64,000 nt of DNA. It comes from Pocillopora damicornis. Taxonomy: Eukaryota. A program made the position numbers and the translations under genes. The stretch covers positions 62,001 to 126,000 of the forward strand of contig NW_020846072.1 in the NCBI RefSeq assembly GCF_003704095.1. The letters are read 5' to 3'. Of the stretch, positions 48,301-60,675 are shown in pieces. The notes below the pieces were generated by a model that ran no database searches, was not told the DNA's origin, and saw nothing but the letters and a program-made list of their open reading frames with translations. Numbering within the stretch: the first letter of the stretch is position 1; each line of letters begins with the position of its first letter.

Positions 48301-51300
48301 GTTTTGAATTTGTGCACTTCTTTGACATTATACATGCAGCCGGCATGCGAACGCTACAGGCCGGCATGAGTTAGGCGCGTGTGCAGGTTTAAACTTTTTA
48401 TACGAGCACTTAAAACAACAATTCCGTAAGTTCCGCATATGATTTGAAAAGACACTTAAGCGCTGGGTGTGCCGAAGAACACATTTAGCTAGTTAGCTAC
48501 CTTATGTCAATTATGCTTCTCTTGATGAATAGACCAGTCATATTGTCTGCACTGGCCCTAAACCTGACCTGTCACGTATAACGTGGTGCACCCGTATGAC
48601 GCGTTTCACTTCAGCCCCCGCCATTAACACAAAGTTACTTGCTTTGCACCTGGCACGAATTCATAGTTAAGCAAGTCAAAGCATGGTACCCCAATCGTTA
48701 GGTGTTCCACTGAATCTTCTGATGGCATTTTAATTTGGAGACTTTTTTCTCAGTGAAACAAATTCTGTAGTACAGTTTTCCCATTGCGTGCGACGGCCAC
48801 GGGACTGTCATGACCAGCGTATTCTTCAATTTGTCGTACGCGATTAGGAAGTACATATTGACTGAGTGGGAGTAGTTGAATACTTGGCTTGAGCTCAAGC
48901 ACAAGGTCCTTTTATTGTGACGGAGACCCAAACATTTTTCCGATTGGCCCGACAAAACTCAGTCGATAAAAATGTTATCATATTACTACTAAGTTTTAAG
49001 ATTTTGGAAATATGTTCGAACCGAATTAGGACACGAATTCCCACATACGAAGGGCGCGCGTTTAACAAGTACAAAAAATTATATTCTATAGCAATTTTTT
49101 TTCTTTATTTCGTCGTGTCAGAACAATAAATTCACAATTCACCGAAAAATGCGACTTATTCTCCGAGTTCTTATTTATTTTAACTCTAAGTCTACAAATG
49201 GAATTCACGTTATCGGGAAATTCACCAGACTCGGGTGGGGGTGAACGGCTTGTACCTTGCCTACCTAAGTTAAGTGTACGACCCCACCCACTTCAGATTT
49301 TTCATGATTGTTTTTATGGGATTGTGTGAGCGGGCGCTGTACTGGTCATATGATAAGTAAAATTATGGCCCGGTCAAGAGATTACGCAAGCACTCCCCTG
49401 GCTTATGACTCTTTGCTTACTTCTCTCTCTAAAAAAATAACCATGGAGCTAATGTAAGCCTCCGCTGCTGGGGCTTTATTGCCTATAAGACTACTTCGGT
49501 ATTGCTTATTTTAGCAGAATAGAGAATATGTGAACCTGCAATCGAAGACAGATGCTGTTTAGACGAATTGAATTCCCCTACTTCTGGCAAGCATTTTTAG
49601 GAACGTCAGCTTCTACTGAATTTGTATCTCCATCCTCTTTTAATATTCTTAAAAATGGCGAAATTTGCATGTTGAGGAGAAAAATGTTCGAAATGAATTT
49701 GACAAGAAATGATAGGAGAGGAAGAGGAAGAGGAAGACCGAATGGGAACTAAGGGCAATTGTTTCTACAGGTTTGATCGCCATTATAACCAAAAAATGTC
49801 GTATTCCGTGACAAGATCCTGGAACTCAATGATAGCACCTGTCAGCGGTAAAACTGAGACTCTCGGATTCCACTCAAGGACTCAGTGATTTTTCTTTCTT
49901 ACACTATTTCCTTGTACATTGATGTTGCATTTTACTGTGGTGGAGCTCAATGCTCTTTTGGCCGATGAAGATCGAGTGTTCCTGGTAAGGACTTGATCGG
50001 GATCCAAGTGTTACACATGCTTCTTGCGGCCGCCCCAAGGTTTGTAGATGAGTGAAAGCGGCCTGTGACTGAAGAGAGGATCTGATTAGGGAACGGGAAA
50101 ACTGCTTTCTTTTGGATGGAACATTTTACGAAGTACTAGGATCGACGAAATATCGAAAATTACAAATTACTGCGGGATGCAGTAGAGGTATTAAGGTGAA
50201 CAGGGTGTGGAATAAGACTTGAGGTGACTTATTATTAACGGCAAAATTCTCCGCTAATTTAAAGCAGCATTACTTTTTATCATGATAATTTTATCCCCCA
50301 GACATATCTTTTTTACTTTATCTCATTTCCAGTCCGATTTTTGATGCTCCCTTGATTATTAATTGGTGACAATGATGAATTTCACTTCTTGACGCAAGAG
50401 AAAGGCACTGTGGGTAGAGCAATACTAAATAGTCCACAATGGCAACTATGCCAGATTGCGACACCAAAAAGCCAAACGTACAGTTACTTGCTGTTCTCCA
50501 TTTTTCTGAATCTGTTGTTTAATTTTGCCGTTATCGGGATCTGGATGTGTACCATATCTTAATTTTGTCATTGGCGTGGATTTTCCTGCTCTTTCCCAAG
50601 AACGTTTTGCGACAGATCAGGTTTGAGCTCTCTGAATCAATTCTATCCTGATTTCACTAGAGATCTAACCAAGTTGTTTGGTCGTGAACTCAGGTTGAAA
50701 AGTGAAACTATTATATTGGGGATTGCCGTGACTTCACTTTAACTGAGATTTCAGTTGGTAAGGAAGGTATTTTGATAACGCGTTGTGTTAACGTGAACTT
50801 TCACAAGATGGAGAAAATGCACGAAGCCGTAAGCAAAGTTCACCTCAATCCGGCAGAAAGGGTATCTCGGCTATACTACCACAATTTTTCCGAGTTCACG
50901 GACAGCTGTCAAGTTATCTTTGGTTTAGGCAGTGGTGCTGATGAGTAGTTTTCTTTAAGAAATATTCAAGTTCAAGCCAAACTTGACTTGCAAAACCTTT
51001 TATTTCGGGAGCACAAGTTTGGCCTCCCTCAAGTGTTACAGTTGTAAAAAGCATCTGGATCGGGTATGCCGTCAGCGGAGTATAATGCCGGTTTTCTTTT
51101 CTTGTTCCCACAGAGGCGCGTGTATACACGCATGTTGCGGTAAACACTGCGGCATAATGGGTTATGAGAATGAATAACGACGGTTCATTTATGTTTTGTG
51201 CCCTTTCTGTTTCTCATAGCGAGAATCAATCACTTAATTTGATACGAATAACCTGTAGACTAGTTTCGAAAATGAAACTTTTAATCATGCACCACACTGT

Positions 51301-51475
51301 GAAACCGTCGATCTCTCCGGTGATATTTCAAGGTCTGAAATCCCGCGTTAATTATATGACGTTCGAGGATTCATTTCTAGTCTGTAAGTTTTACTTTAGG
51401 GTTCTGACAAGTGTAATATTTGCAAATAATTGTTACGAAAATACAGTCTTTCGAGATGGGCGAGGGAAAAAATGG

Positions 51476-51618
51476 TAGAAGATCTTCTGGTGGATCTTTG
51501 GCGTGCGAGCGCGACTGTATTGTATGTAGACTTGTTATGAAAATACAATCTATCGAGAATGGTGAAAACAAACAAAAATAGAAGAGCTTTTGGTAGGCTT
51601 CTGGCGTGCGAGCGCGAC
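51476..51618. repeat. Degenerate 40-bp direct repeat with an identical 17-bp CpG-rich core
   Basis: tagaaga..tt.tggt.g..ctt.tggcgtgcgagcgcgac at 51476-51515 and 51579-51618. Confidence 0.8.
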
Positions 51619-54600
51619 AGAAACGCGCGTTGCACGCGTCGCAACGGGATAAGGAAGACGACACACGAACCTGATAACTGGACAACTTTGGAGTGTATAA
51701 TTGTTTATAGGTTATGTGCTTCTGATAACACTTACAGGAGTGAAGGGACAAAACGTTTTCTTACTCATGATGTTAGTTGAATTTGTGATGCCAAGTATCG
51801 TTTACTAATAGACGCATGGAGAATAAAGAATGGTGTGAGTAGTTTCTCATGGTTCCCACGGATAGGTAGCCCAGGGGTCAAAGGGTCGTGGGAGTTTACA
51901 GCCCGATTTATTCATCTATAATAAAACTCCCAAGGAGTTGTTGTCACTTGGAGAATTGTTTCGAACTGTTTTTGTTTTCGCAACACTCAGCTGCACTCTT
52001 TCTTTATTCCATGTCAAACAAATTAAACACTTCAGTAGCATCTGTTGGCGCGCGGGCTTCAACATAACGCTGAAAATGGTGACGTTTCCAGTTGCCTGGA
52101 TAAAATTTTTAAATAGAATGGTACAGTGAATCAAGCTCACTGAACTGCAGTGATTCGATCCTCCAAGATGTGTTTGTAGCTATAATATTCTGTTGCTAAA
52201 AGCGAGATGAAAATAGTACTTTTCTTTTCCAATATACGTTTATTCGTTTGGACTGTTGTTAGCCTCTAGGCATTTTTTAGAAGACAATTACTGAAGACAT
52301 TTTGTGGTTTTTAGGCGAAAGAAAATCGACCTCCTACTTAGATAAACTCTCTGAAAAATCAAGTCATATTTCTCATCACAACAAATCTCAAAGACCAGTT
52401 TTCAAGAGTGCCCCTAGACTTAAATTCACTGCAGAGGGCATTAAAGAAGATTGAAATGTTCTCACAATCTAAGGGTAGTCTACACACATTATTCTTTAAC
52501 ATGTAGTAATTTACATTTAGAAATTTATCTTACCGCAATAAACCTCAGTATTCAGATCTCAAGAGTGTTGTCAGACTAAGATACTTTGCAGACGAAATTA
52601 GGTAAAAAAACTGTAATGCTGTTTATTCTGCACACAAGACTGCTTTGACAAAGTAACAAGGCTCAAATCTGGCCCAAAAGCAGCAGAGAACAATTGCAAT
52701 GCTTTTCAAATCTCAACCGTGTCTTGATTAAACACCTTTTAGAGTAAATTTTTGAGGCATCTTTTATTTGAATCTTTTGTTCAAAGCCCTTGCCATTGTT
52801 ATGAATAGAGACCACCTTCCTAAAAAAGAAAAAGAAAAAGAAAAAGAAACTCCAGTTTGAAAAATTGTGGAGGAATTTTTCTCTTAGAAAGCTCAGAATC
52901 TACTTTTAGGGGGTTTTCTGTGCTTAAGGAGTGAAAAGTCCCAACCCAAGCTGTTTGTTTTAGGTTAATTCTGTCGCCACCTTACAAATTTAGTATGTTT
53001 TTTGTTAATAAGTAACGGCAACGTTAGCTTCGCTAATGCAGAAAACTTGAGCGAAACTGTTTAGATTTGAAGTGAATCGCTTGTCTTGGCCTTGGAGAGG
53101 TTGCACGTCTGTGAAGTGAACAAACTTTTTAGCACTCGTAGGAACGCGCGAAAAACTTGCCGGCTTAAAAAAAACGTGTGGAAGAGAACGCGCCAAACCA
53201 TTCAAACTAAACGTATGTTTACAACAGCGTTGCCGGGTATAATGAGGACGTTTTGGTTGAACGGGTCTCGACGTCATTTTGATTGGCATATTGTAATGGA
53301 AACGGTTGCGTCTAATATTGATTGTAGAGCTCCTGTCAAAAGTTGAACAGCTGGTCCTTGTGTCTTTTTTCGAAGAAAGGAAGTAAACGCTGCACGAGGC
53401 TATCTTTATAATCAGTGTTTAAAAAGGATATATAGGGTGATGATAAAAAGGGGACTCAGTCTTCCTGTATCCAACTTACGCAGCTTCACCTGTCGATTGA
53501 AATTAAGAGACGCTGGTGAATGTAAGCACTGAGGGATTAGGTCCTTATGAAAAGCGATGACCCTCTTAATTGCTTTGCGCACGCATGTAATACGTTGCGT
53601 CTACAGTAAAAAAGTCCGAAAAGAAAACAATCACCTATGTTTAACTTTAAACGGAAGTTTTAAACGGTGCCATTAAATTTTTCTTTTATTTTTTTACGGA
53701 AGTTTTAAACTCAAGTGAATTTTTAATTACAGTCATTCGTTTCGTTATGAGGACGTATATTTAAGTTCCTTCCTCTCTAGCTTCTATTAATTTTGATCGG
53801 AAGTTTTAAACACAGGTGAACTTTGAAACGCAGATTTTGTGATAAAGCCGCACATTTCCTAGAAGTCAAGGAACTCGCGCTTTGACGCAATTTTTGAAAT
53901 TGCACTCATCAATGAACGTTGCTACATGAAAATTTGTTCATATATCGATACAGTTTTGAAACATCCATCTGTTAGTTGCTATATTGCGTTGACGTGGTAT
54001 TTCTCGATTAAAAACAGCACGAACCCTCCAGTTAAAATTTAACATGAATTTCTTACTTTGACCTGTCTCGTGGCATAGTGACTGTTTTTTTTTCTGACTG
54101 TGCGAAACTCCATATTCTGTTATATCGAGAAACCACACGCTTTTAGAGCGTATCTCTTTCAAATATTGCAAAAAAAACAAAAAAAAACTTGGCAACTTAA
54201 AGGCTGACATATTCCACGGTACAACTTACTGGCAGTTCGTGGTAAATATATTTAGGACGTCAAAATAATGAATTTGTCAACATCATTAACGAGAGACAGT
54301 CTTATCACTTCCTTGATGCGTTATTGTGCCAGTAGATCAAGGACTTTTGAAATACACTTTTTCCTCTGGTTTTTTTTTCTTTCAGAGATAACAAAACATG
54401 AAAGTCAAACCGACGTCAATAGGTTTCAATTTCAGGTGCGCAACATACAAGAAATTCTCTTGGGGGGGGTGGGGGGTAAGTTCAGTTTGTTTATTAAAAT
54501 TTCGCAATTTACTAGAAACTTTATTGATCGGACACCCTGTATTGAGCAAGCACAAGCCAGGGTCCCGCGGAACTTGTCCTGCTGAGCACAGGTTTCACTT

Positions 54601-57600
54601 GGTCAACTAAATTTACAGCTATATGTGCGATGTCCTTTTTCTGCTCTCAGTGTTCCTTATTTTTATTATTGAGAGAAGATTTTTGTTAAAGGAAAAACAA
54701 TGTGATTGACCCGAATACTCTTATCGGAAAAAATGACTGTTTACCTCTCTCAGAAGCTCTGAGAGAGCCTTTTTAATTCTGTGCGCTAGTCATGCGCGAG
54801 GATGGGAATAAACGCTCTTCGGAAATGTGAAAAGAAAAGAAAACGTGATGAGACACGCTATTAGTTGTTATAGTTTCTGCGTTACCAACTAGAGGAATGA
54901 TGATAATATTTGCGATTAAAGATAATTATCATAATCGCTTTCCACAAAATATCCATAACAACGCATCAGTGTATCATCTTTTTTGTAGCCCTAAGGAAGT
55001 TTTAATACGATTGCCACAATTACAGCATTATCAGTGGAGTTTATGGTGCAATTCTGTTGCTTGGTAGCTTGACCTGATTGAAAAATCTCATAGCAAATGT
55101 GCTCCATCTCAGGCCACTTGGCTTTGTTGTGTGAAAAAAAAATTTAAATGCATTCTCCAATGCTATGATGTCTTTGTCTAATTAACGCAGAGGTCTCTTT
55201 TCTTTGGTATTCATCAAGGGAACGGGTTATTTTTTGTCTAAGCCACAGACGCCTCATAGATTGTGAAACGTACAACCTGTGTTTAGGAATTTCGCAATCG
55301 CAATATGCGCGTGGAAATTGTATACAAAATATTCGATTAAAGTCCAAAGTGTTGATGAATTCTTGCACAGTTAATGCGGCACTTTCCAACCGCACAGTAT
55401 GCGTTTGATGTTTGGAAACACGTGGCTCCTATTGTTAGATTCAAAATGGTTTTACGGTGGAGTGATGTTTCTATAGAGATGGGGGTTTTGTGGGGGCTTA
55501 ATACGGAAGGATAAAAGATGAACATTTTCAATACCTTAGACTCTTCTTTATAAAAAAAACGACGGAGGTGGTAAAGGAGAATTAGAACTTTGGACTTCTT
55601 TTTAAAGTTGTACGTGGGATATATGTTTCTTACTTTGCTGGAAACAAGAGATTTTGTAACGCTGTAATCTCGAACATTCTTGCGCATTGAGCCTCATGAG
55701 ATGATTATAAAATTGAAATCGCAATTGAAATTCATGGAAGGCTTAGAAATGAAAAATAAGCATGTGGAATAGGCATTTTTATAGCAAGAACTAGCTCACT
55801 TGCCAATTGTTTCTCGTTGTTTGGTGTGTTCTGAGTTTCCAGAGGGGATGTGCGATGTATTTGGTCTCACGCTCATAGTTTCAGCTTGTGATGAGTTTCG
55901 TCCTGTGCAATAGCTTTTGTGGGGTTGAATTTCGTCTGTACCAAAAACTTGTTTTGTTTGGGAATCAGAAAAACGACATCTGCATCTTTTCTTTCTAGCG
56001 GTTTGCTTCTAGTTACGTTGTTCCGATGCCCTGCTTTATCCAGTTGCACTGATAGCCCCAAAGGAGTCTTTTCATATCCGCGCAAGTAATAAGGGTTCAA
56101 TACAAACCTTTAAGTTCTCACAAGGAAGCCCTATTAAATGACAATAAAAGTTAAATGTTTTCACTAAATATCGATAAAAGAATACAGATATTTAGCCTGA
56201 TCAGCGCTCAAACAGGAGCGCCATTCCATAAACTCCTCATCCCCGAAGGAGAGCGGGGAGTTTACAGAAGTCGTGTTAGGAGCGTTGTTAAGCAATTTTA
56301 AAAATTATTCTTGAACGTTTTAGTGAATTTAGCCATATTCTTCTCGTTGAGAAACGAGTATTTCCTAATTATTGTCACATAAAGCTCTAGTTACCACTGG
56401 TCGAGTTTTCTGACGCTGCATTTACACGTACATTTTATATTGAAAATTTGTGTCATGAACGATAAATTTGGCACGAACCATGTAAACAAAAATCACATTT
56501 CTCGCTGAAATCAATACTTGTCGGCTAACATTAACAACAGGTGTGGTATACCTTAGTAAACGGAGCCAATGACCCTCGGGCAGTCTTTAACAATTAATTT
56601 CATATTATCGACCCACACCAGATAAACAATATCTTAGTCAAGAATGATCTGATACAAGTAATCCTAAGAAATAAGTGTCCTTAGTTTTCCTTTTCGAAAG
56701 AGGCTTACAGAAAACTATCAGTGGAATTAAAGGCGTCTTAAGGCTGTCGGCGTAATCCTTAGTAACCCCTTTAACTTGTTTGTTCCTAGGCAAGCGCGAT
56801 TTAGCGATGCTTTCTTTCAAGATCTATTAATAGTCAGTTGAAAACAAGTCAGTTAAGGTTTGCTTTCTCAGTTTCGACTCTCACCCCCGACAGAATTTGA
56901 AACCGACAGCTCTTAACTTATCGCTGAAATTAATCATCTTTGCCCTTTGTTGTTTCGCTCCGAGCTGCACTAGGTGGTAAAAGCTAAGTCATTTGTCCTC
57001 ACAGCGGGTAGTAAATTGTTTGCTATGATATCTCGGTGATGCGAGTTGCCGTTCGCCACGGTTATTTTGATTTGGGCTAGACCCTGGTGGCCTTGTGCTA
57101 ATTTGTTGTAGTTGAACTTTGGATGTTACGAAGCTGTGAATGAGCTGATTCATTCAGGTTTTGCTACCTCTCGTCGGGGGGTGAATTCGATTCAATAACA
57201 AAGTTCTCCAGTCTCTTTGCTCCTGGAAAATGACTCTTATGGAAAGCTATGGCATTTAAATTTTTTTAATGTACTTGCGGTTTTACTACTTCATCTGTAT
57301 CTTGTGATTTTACTTCGAAACATTGAGCAAATGCGCTTTCTTCCTAGTTGTTTAGCGAGTGACATTGTAATTTGCGCGCATAAAGCGTCGTCCCGCCCAA
57401 TTAGTGGGTCACTATTAGACAATCTTTTCTAAAGGCTACCATGTGCTCTGCTTAGAGCACCACATTAAAATCAACTGCTACAAGAAGCTGTTGACTAAAC
57501 CCCAACAACAGCGACAAAGGTATTTTGACAGGAATCGTATCCCGAAAAGAAAACACTAAACTAGAAATATAGAAAAATAAATCGTGCAACTTTAATTTCT

Positions 57601-60010
57601 CTTTAACAAATTGCATGATAAGGTATATACTGACATATTCTATTTTTTCATGTCCACTAGATACGCAAGTGGTCATCTTCTTATTTCTCTACAAACTACT
57701 CATACGGTGCACAGCACTAGTACTGAATTAGTCTGTTCCCAGACATTATTGGATTTATAGTTTGTTGGCTTATGCCGAACAAATTTCGCTCTAGGTGTCA
57801 GCTAAGGAGTCAAAACCTGTTCAAATCTAGGTTCCATTAAACAAGTAGTCTCAAATTAGAACTTATTATAGGAACTCGACAATATCTTCTTAAAACAAAA
57901 GAGCTTCAACATCATTCCTATGTTTTTTTCCCTTTGGAAGCAAGTCTTAACAGCAGCAACTCAACCTAGGACGATTTAAGCCACAAATTTTCTTGAGTGC
58001 ATGCGTATTTATACATTGTGGAATATATTTGTATAAGCTATGATATTCGCGAGTTTCTCAGTAGAATCAACTACAAACTCAATATTGCGGTTCTGCGCGT
58101 TACATATATAACGTATGGACTCTGTCCTTACTTCAATCCTTCATAAAGCCGAAGTTGTTACTTCTATTCGCTTGACCTTGCAAGCATGTCACCCATTACA
58201 AAAACAAAAAAGTTTCTACAACGGGAGCGAAGGAAATCCTTTAAACTCATTGGAGTTCAATTAATTACTTGATTAGCAATGTCGACATTTCTGCCGCGAC
58301 TAAGATGAAAGGTGCAAATTCTGGTGCCTTGAAAGCCAAATTCTTTTACCGCTTTCTTGGGGTATATTGTTAGTCTTCTCTTTAGAGATAATAGAAGTTT
58401 ATAACCTGGTTAATTTGTGTATTCAGAATATGCATATTTCACCTTGGCTCAAGGCCAGCTACCTAAGCGCCTCTAATAACTGCTGGGCTACCAAACATAA
58501 AGGATTTCTTTAAGACGAAAAAAAAGTTATCAAAGACGTCTTAAAAAAAACAATAAATCATCACACTCAAATCTTTTCCATTTGATGGAAATGTCAAATG
58601 GCTGCGTAAAGCAGCCAAAAATTCCTTTCATTTCGAAACTTTCCTCGTTATACTGGAATAAACTAATCTACAGAGCTCTGTATTGTGTGTTATTAACTAG
58701 GAAACATGCAACCAATACAACATCCTCGCTTACGAGACATCCTATATACAATTTTCCGTTAAGGAGAAAATACCGCTGCAAAAAGAACAGCGAATTCGAA
58801 AGTCTCTATACTACGAAATTATAAGAACACCAATCGGTTCAAAATTGTTTACGCTATTTACCTCCAATTGGGAAGAAAAATACATCAGCTCTGCTGGATA
58901 TATAAAACCCTCGTTGCTATTTTCACCTAGAAAAAGAATCACGTTGTCCGAAAACAATGCTGCCCTATTTATCATGATAGATCTAATTCTATGTACATCA
59001 AAGCCAAGCTTATTAAACTTTTACATGAAAAAGACTACACGAGTGGAATTTGTACGCTAAAAAGAAGATAACTAAATGCAACTTCCGAGATACAGTAAGA
59101 TAAAAATACGCCAAATAACTTAGCTTACACTTTGTCATTCCATTGTAATGAACGGTATCTTTACTTGATTGAGTCAGAGTAAATCTGAATTAGTTAACAT
59201 GTCCATATACGTTGGACAAACTCACAGAGTTGTTAACAAAGGACCCCTCGCTTGTTGGGTATGGAGCGATCTCTGGAAGGCTTAGGAGGTAGGAGCTCAA
59301 CTGTTGAGCAGTGGCAACGTTTCCTCTGGATAGGGCCTGCAAGAAAAGCAATAAAACAGCCAAGTCAATTAGTGCGCGCGGCAGGAATCTTCCCTACTCC
59401 TCTCCATAAAAGCCTTCATTTGCGCCGTTATTATCATTCATAATTTGAATGTTCCGGTTGGACGGTTTTTAATAAAGCGCTAAGTGAAAGGTAATCAAAG
59501 GCGCAATGAATGGGCGCGTGAGTTACCCTAGTAATAGAAATCCAGTTCCCAAAAATCGTATTTGTTTTGTAGCTGGGCACGTGTGCTAGAACTGCAATAT
59601 GTAACAATGGTTCACTAGTTTTGCAGAATTTGTCTCATAGCTTGTCCAGAGTTGTGAGCCCGGTGACTAGCCGAAACCCCGAGCATTTCCGCGCCTCTTG
59701 AAAGCATGCTGCATTAATTCAGTTGAGAGTTACAAAAGTGAAATCAGAGTTGATTGTCTCTTTAGTAAAGTAACCTGATAAGACTCTAAGGCATTGGTGT
59801 AAATTTGATTATTTTTTGAAGAAACAAATTGACAGTTTTTGATGGCCTGTCACTTAACCCAACTTTTCTATGCGGTTCAAGAAACTTTTTGAACTTCCTC
59901 GCAAACTGAAACTTGGGCCAAGAAATGTACGCGTGCGCCTGACTTTGTTGGAGGTTGTTTTGAGCTATGCAAAGTTTCTGAGAGCTTTTAATCCCATCGA
60001 TACCCTTGTC

Positions 60011-60562
60011 TCATTGCGTATAAAAATGCACAACAGTAAAAGCGTCAGTTACCTGTAAGTCATATGCATCTTGAATCCACCCAACTTGTCGTAAGAAGCG
60101 CGATTGCCTCTCGTGCCATTTACTCTCATTCAGCACGCGCTGCAAATGTTTTATGTACTCAATGGCAGTGCGCAGCGTTTCCACTTTGGAGAGCTTCTTG
60201 TTAGCTGGCGTGGTTGGGATGTGCTTGCGTAAGGTGGCAAATCCATCGCTGACGAGCTTGACTCTGTTCCTCTCCCTCTCGTTTCTTCGTAATATAGAAG
60301 CATGCTCTTTTTTCAAACAGTGTGGTGTTCGGCAACGTGTGCGATGCCTGGATGGTTTTGGGCTGGAGCTTGGCGAGTTGTCGCTGCTAAGAGCAGACGA
60401 ATGGGACGAACTTGGAGAGTTCACTGGTGAGATGGCTGGTGAATCTAGTGACAAGCAATCAGACGACTGAGACGACGGTGACGGCGAGTCATAGCTGATT
60501 TCTGGAAAATCGATAGGAAAATCCAGACCAGCGAGATCCTCAAAAGTTAATAACTCCTCCAT
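60011..60562 (-). CDS. ASCL1: Achaete-scute family proneural bHLH transcription factor (bHLH closest to ASCL1/2 type)
   Basis: b[56 protein letters not shown] (~60298-60131). First ATG at 60562; the ORF track starts at an upstream TTG. Ser/Pro-rich N-terminus. A good donor CAG|GTAACT at 60053/60052 means the true C-terminus may lie on a downstream exon. The symbol indicates family similarity, not proven orthology. Confidence 0.93.
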   Translation of the reverse strand: MEELLTFEDLAGLDFPIDFPEISYDSPSPSSQSSDCLSLDSPAISPVNSPSSSHSSALSSDNSPSSSPKPSRHRTRCRTPHCLKKEHASILRRNERERNRVKLVSDGFATLRKHIPTTPANKKLSKVETLRTAIEYIKHLQRVLNESKWHERQSRFLRQVGWIQDAYDLQVTDAFTVVHFYTQ

Positions 60563-60675
60563 ATGTGTTGCGCAGGGCGGTGACAAGCGGGCAGCAGCAG
60601 CGCGGTGCTCTCTCTTACACGGACTCGTCTCGCTCCACGCTACACAAGTGCGTGCAAATACTATATTACATGAGA

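Noticed and set aside
44627-54475. Scattered exon-like segments on + in the gene desert (~44627-44674, ~49922-49984, ~54387-54475)
   Set aside because: Isolated splice-like signals are expected by chance, and no protein similarity links them; RNA-seq would be needed.
60153-60470. 105-aa plus-strand ORF
   Set aside because: Antisense shadow of the ASCL coding sequence.
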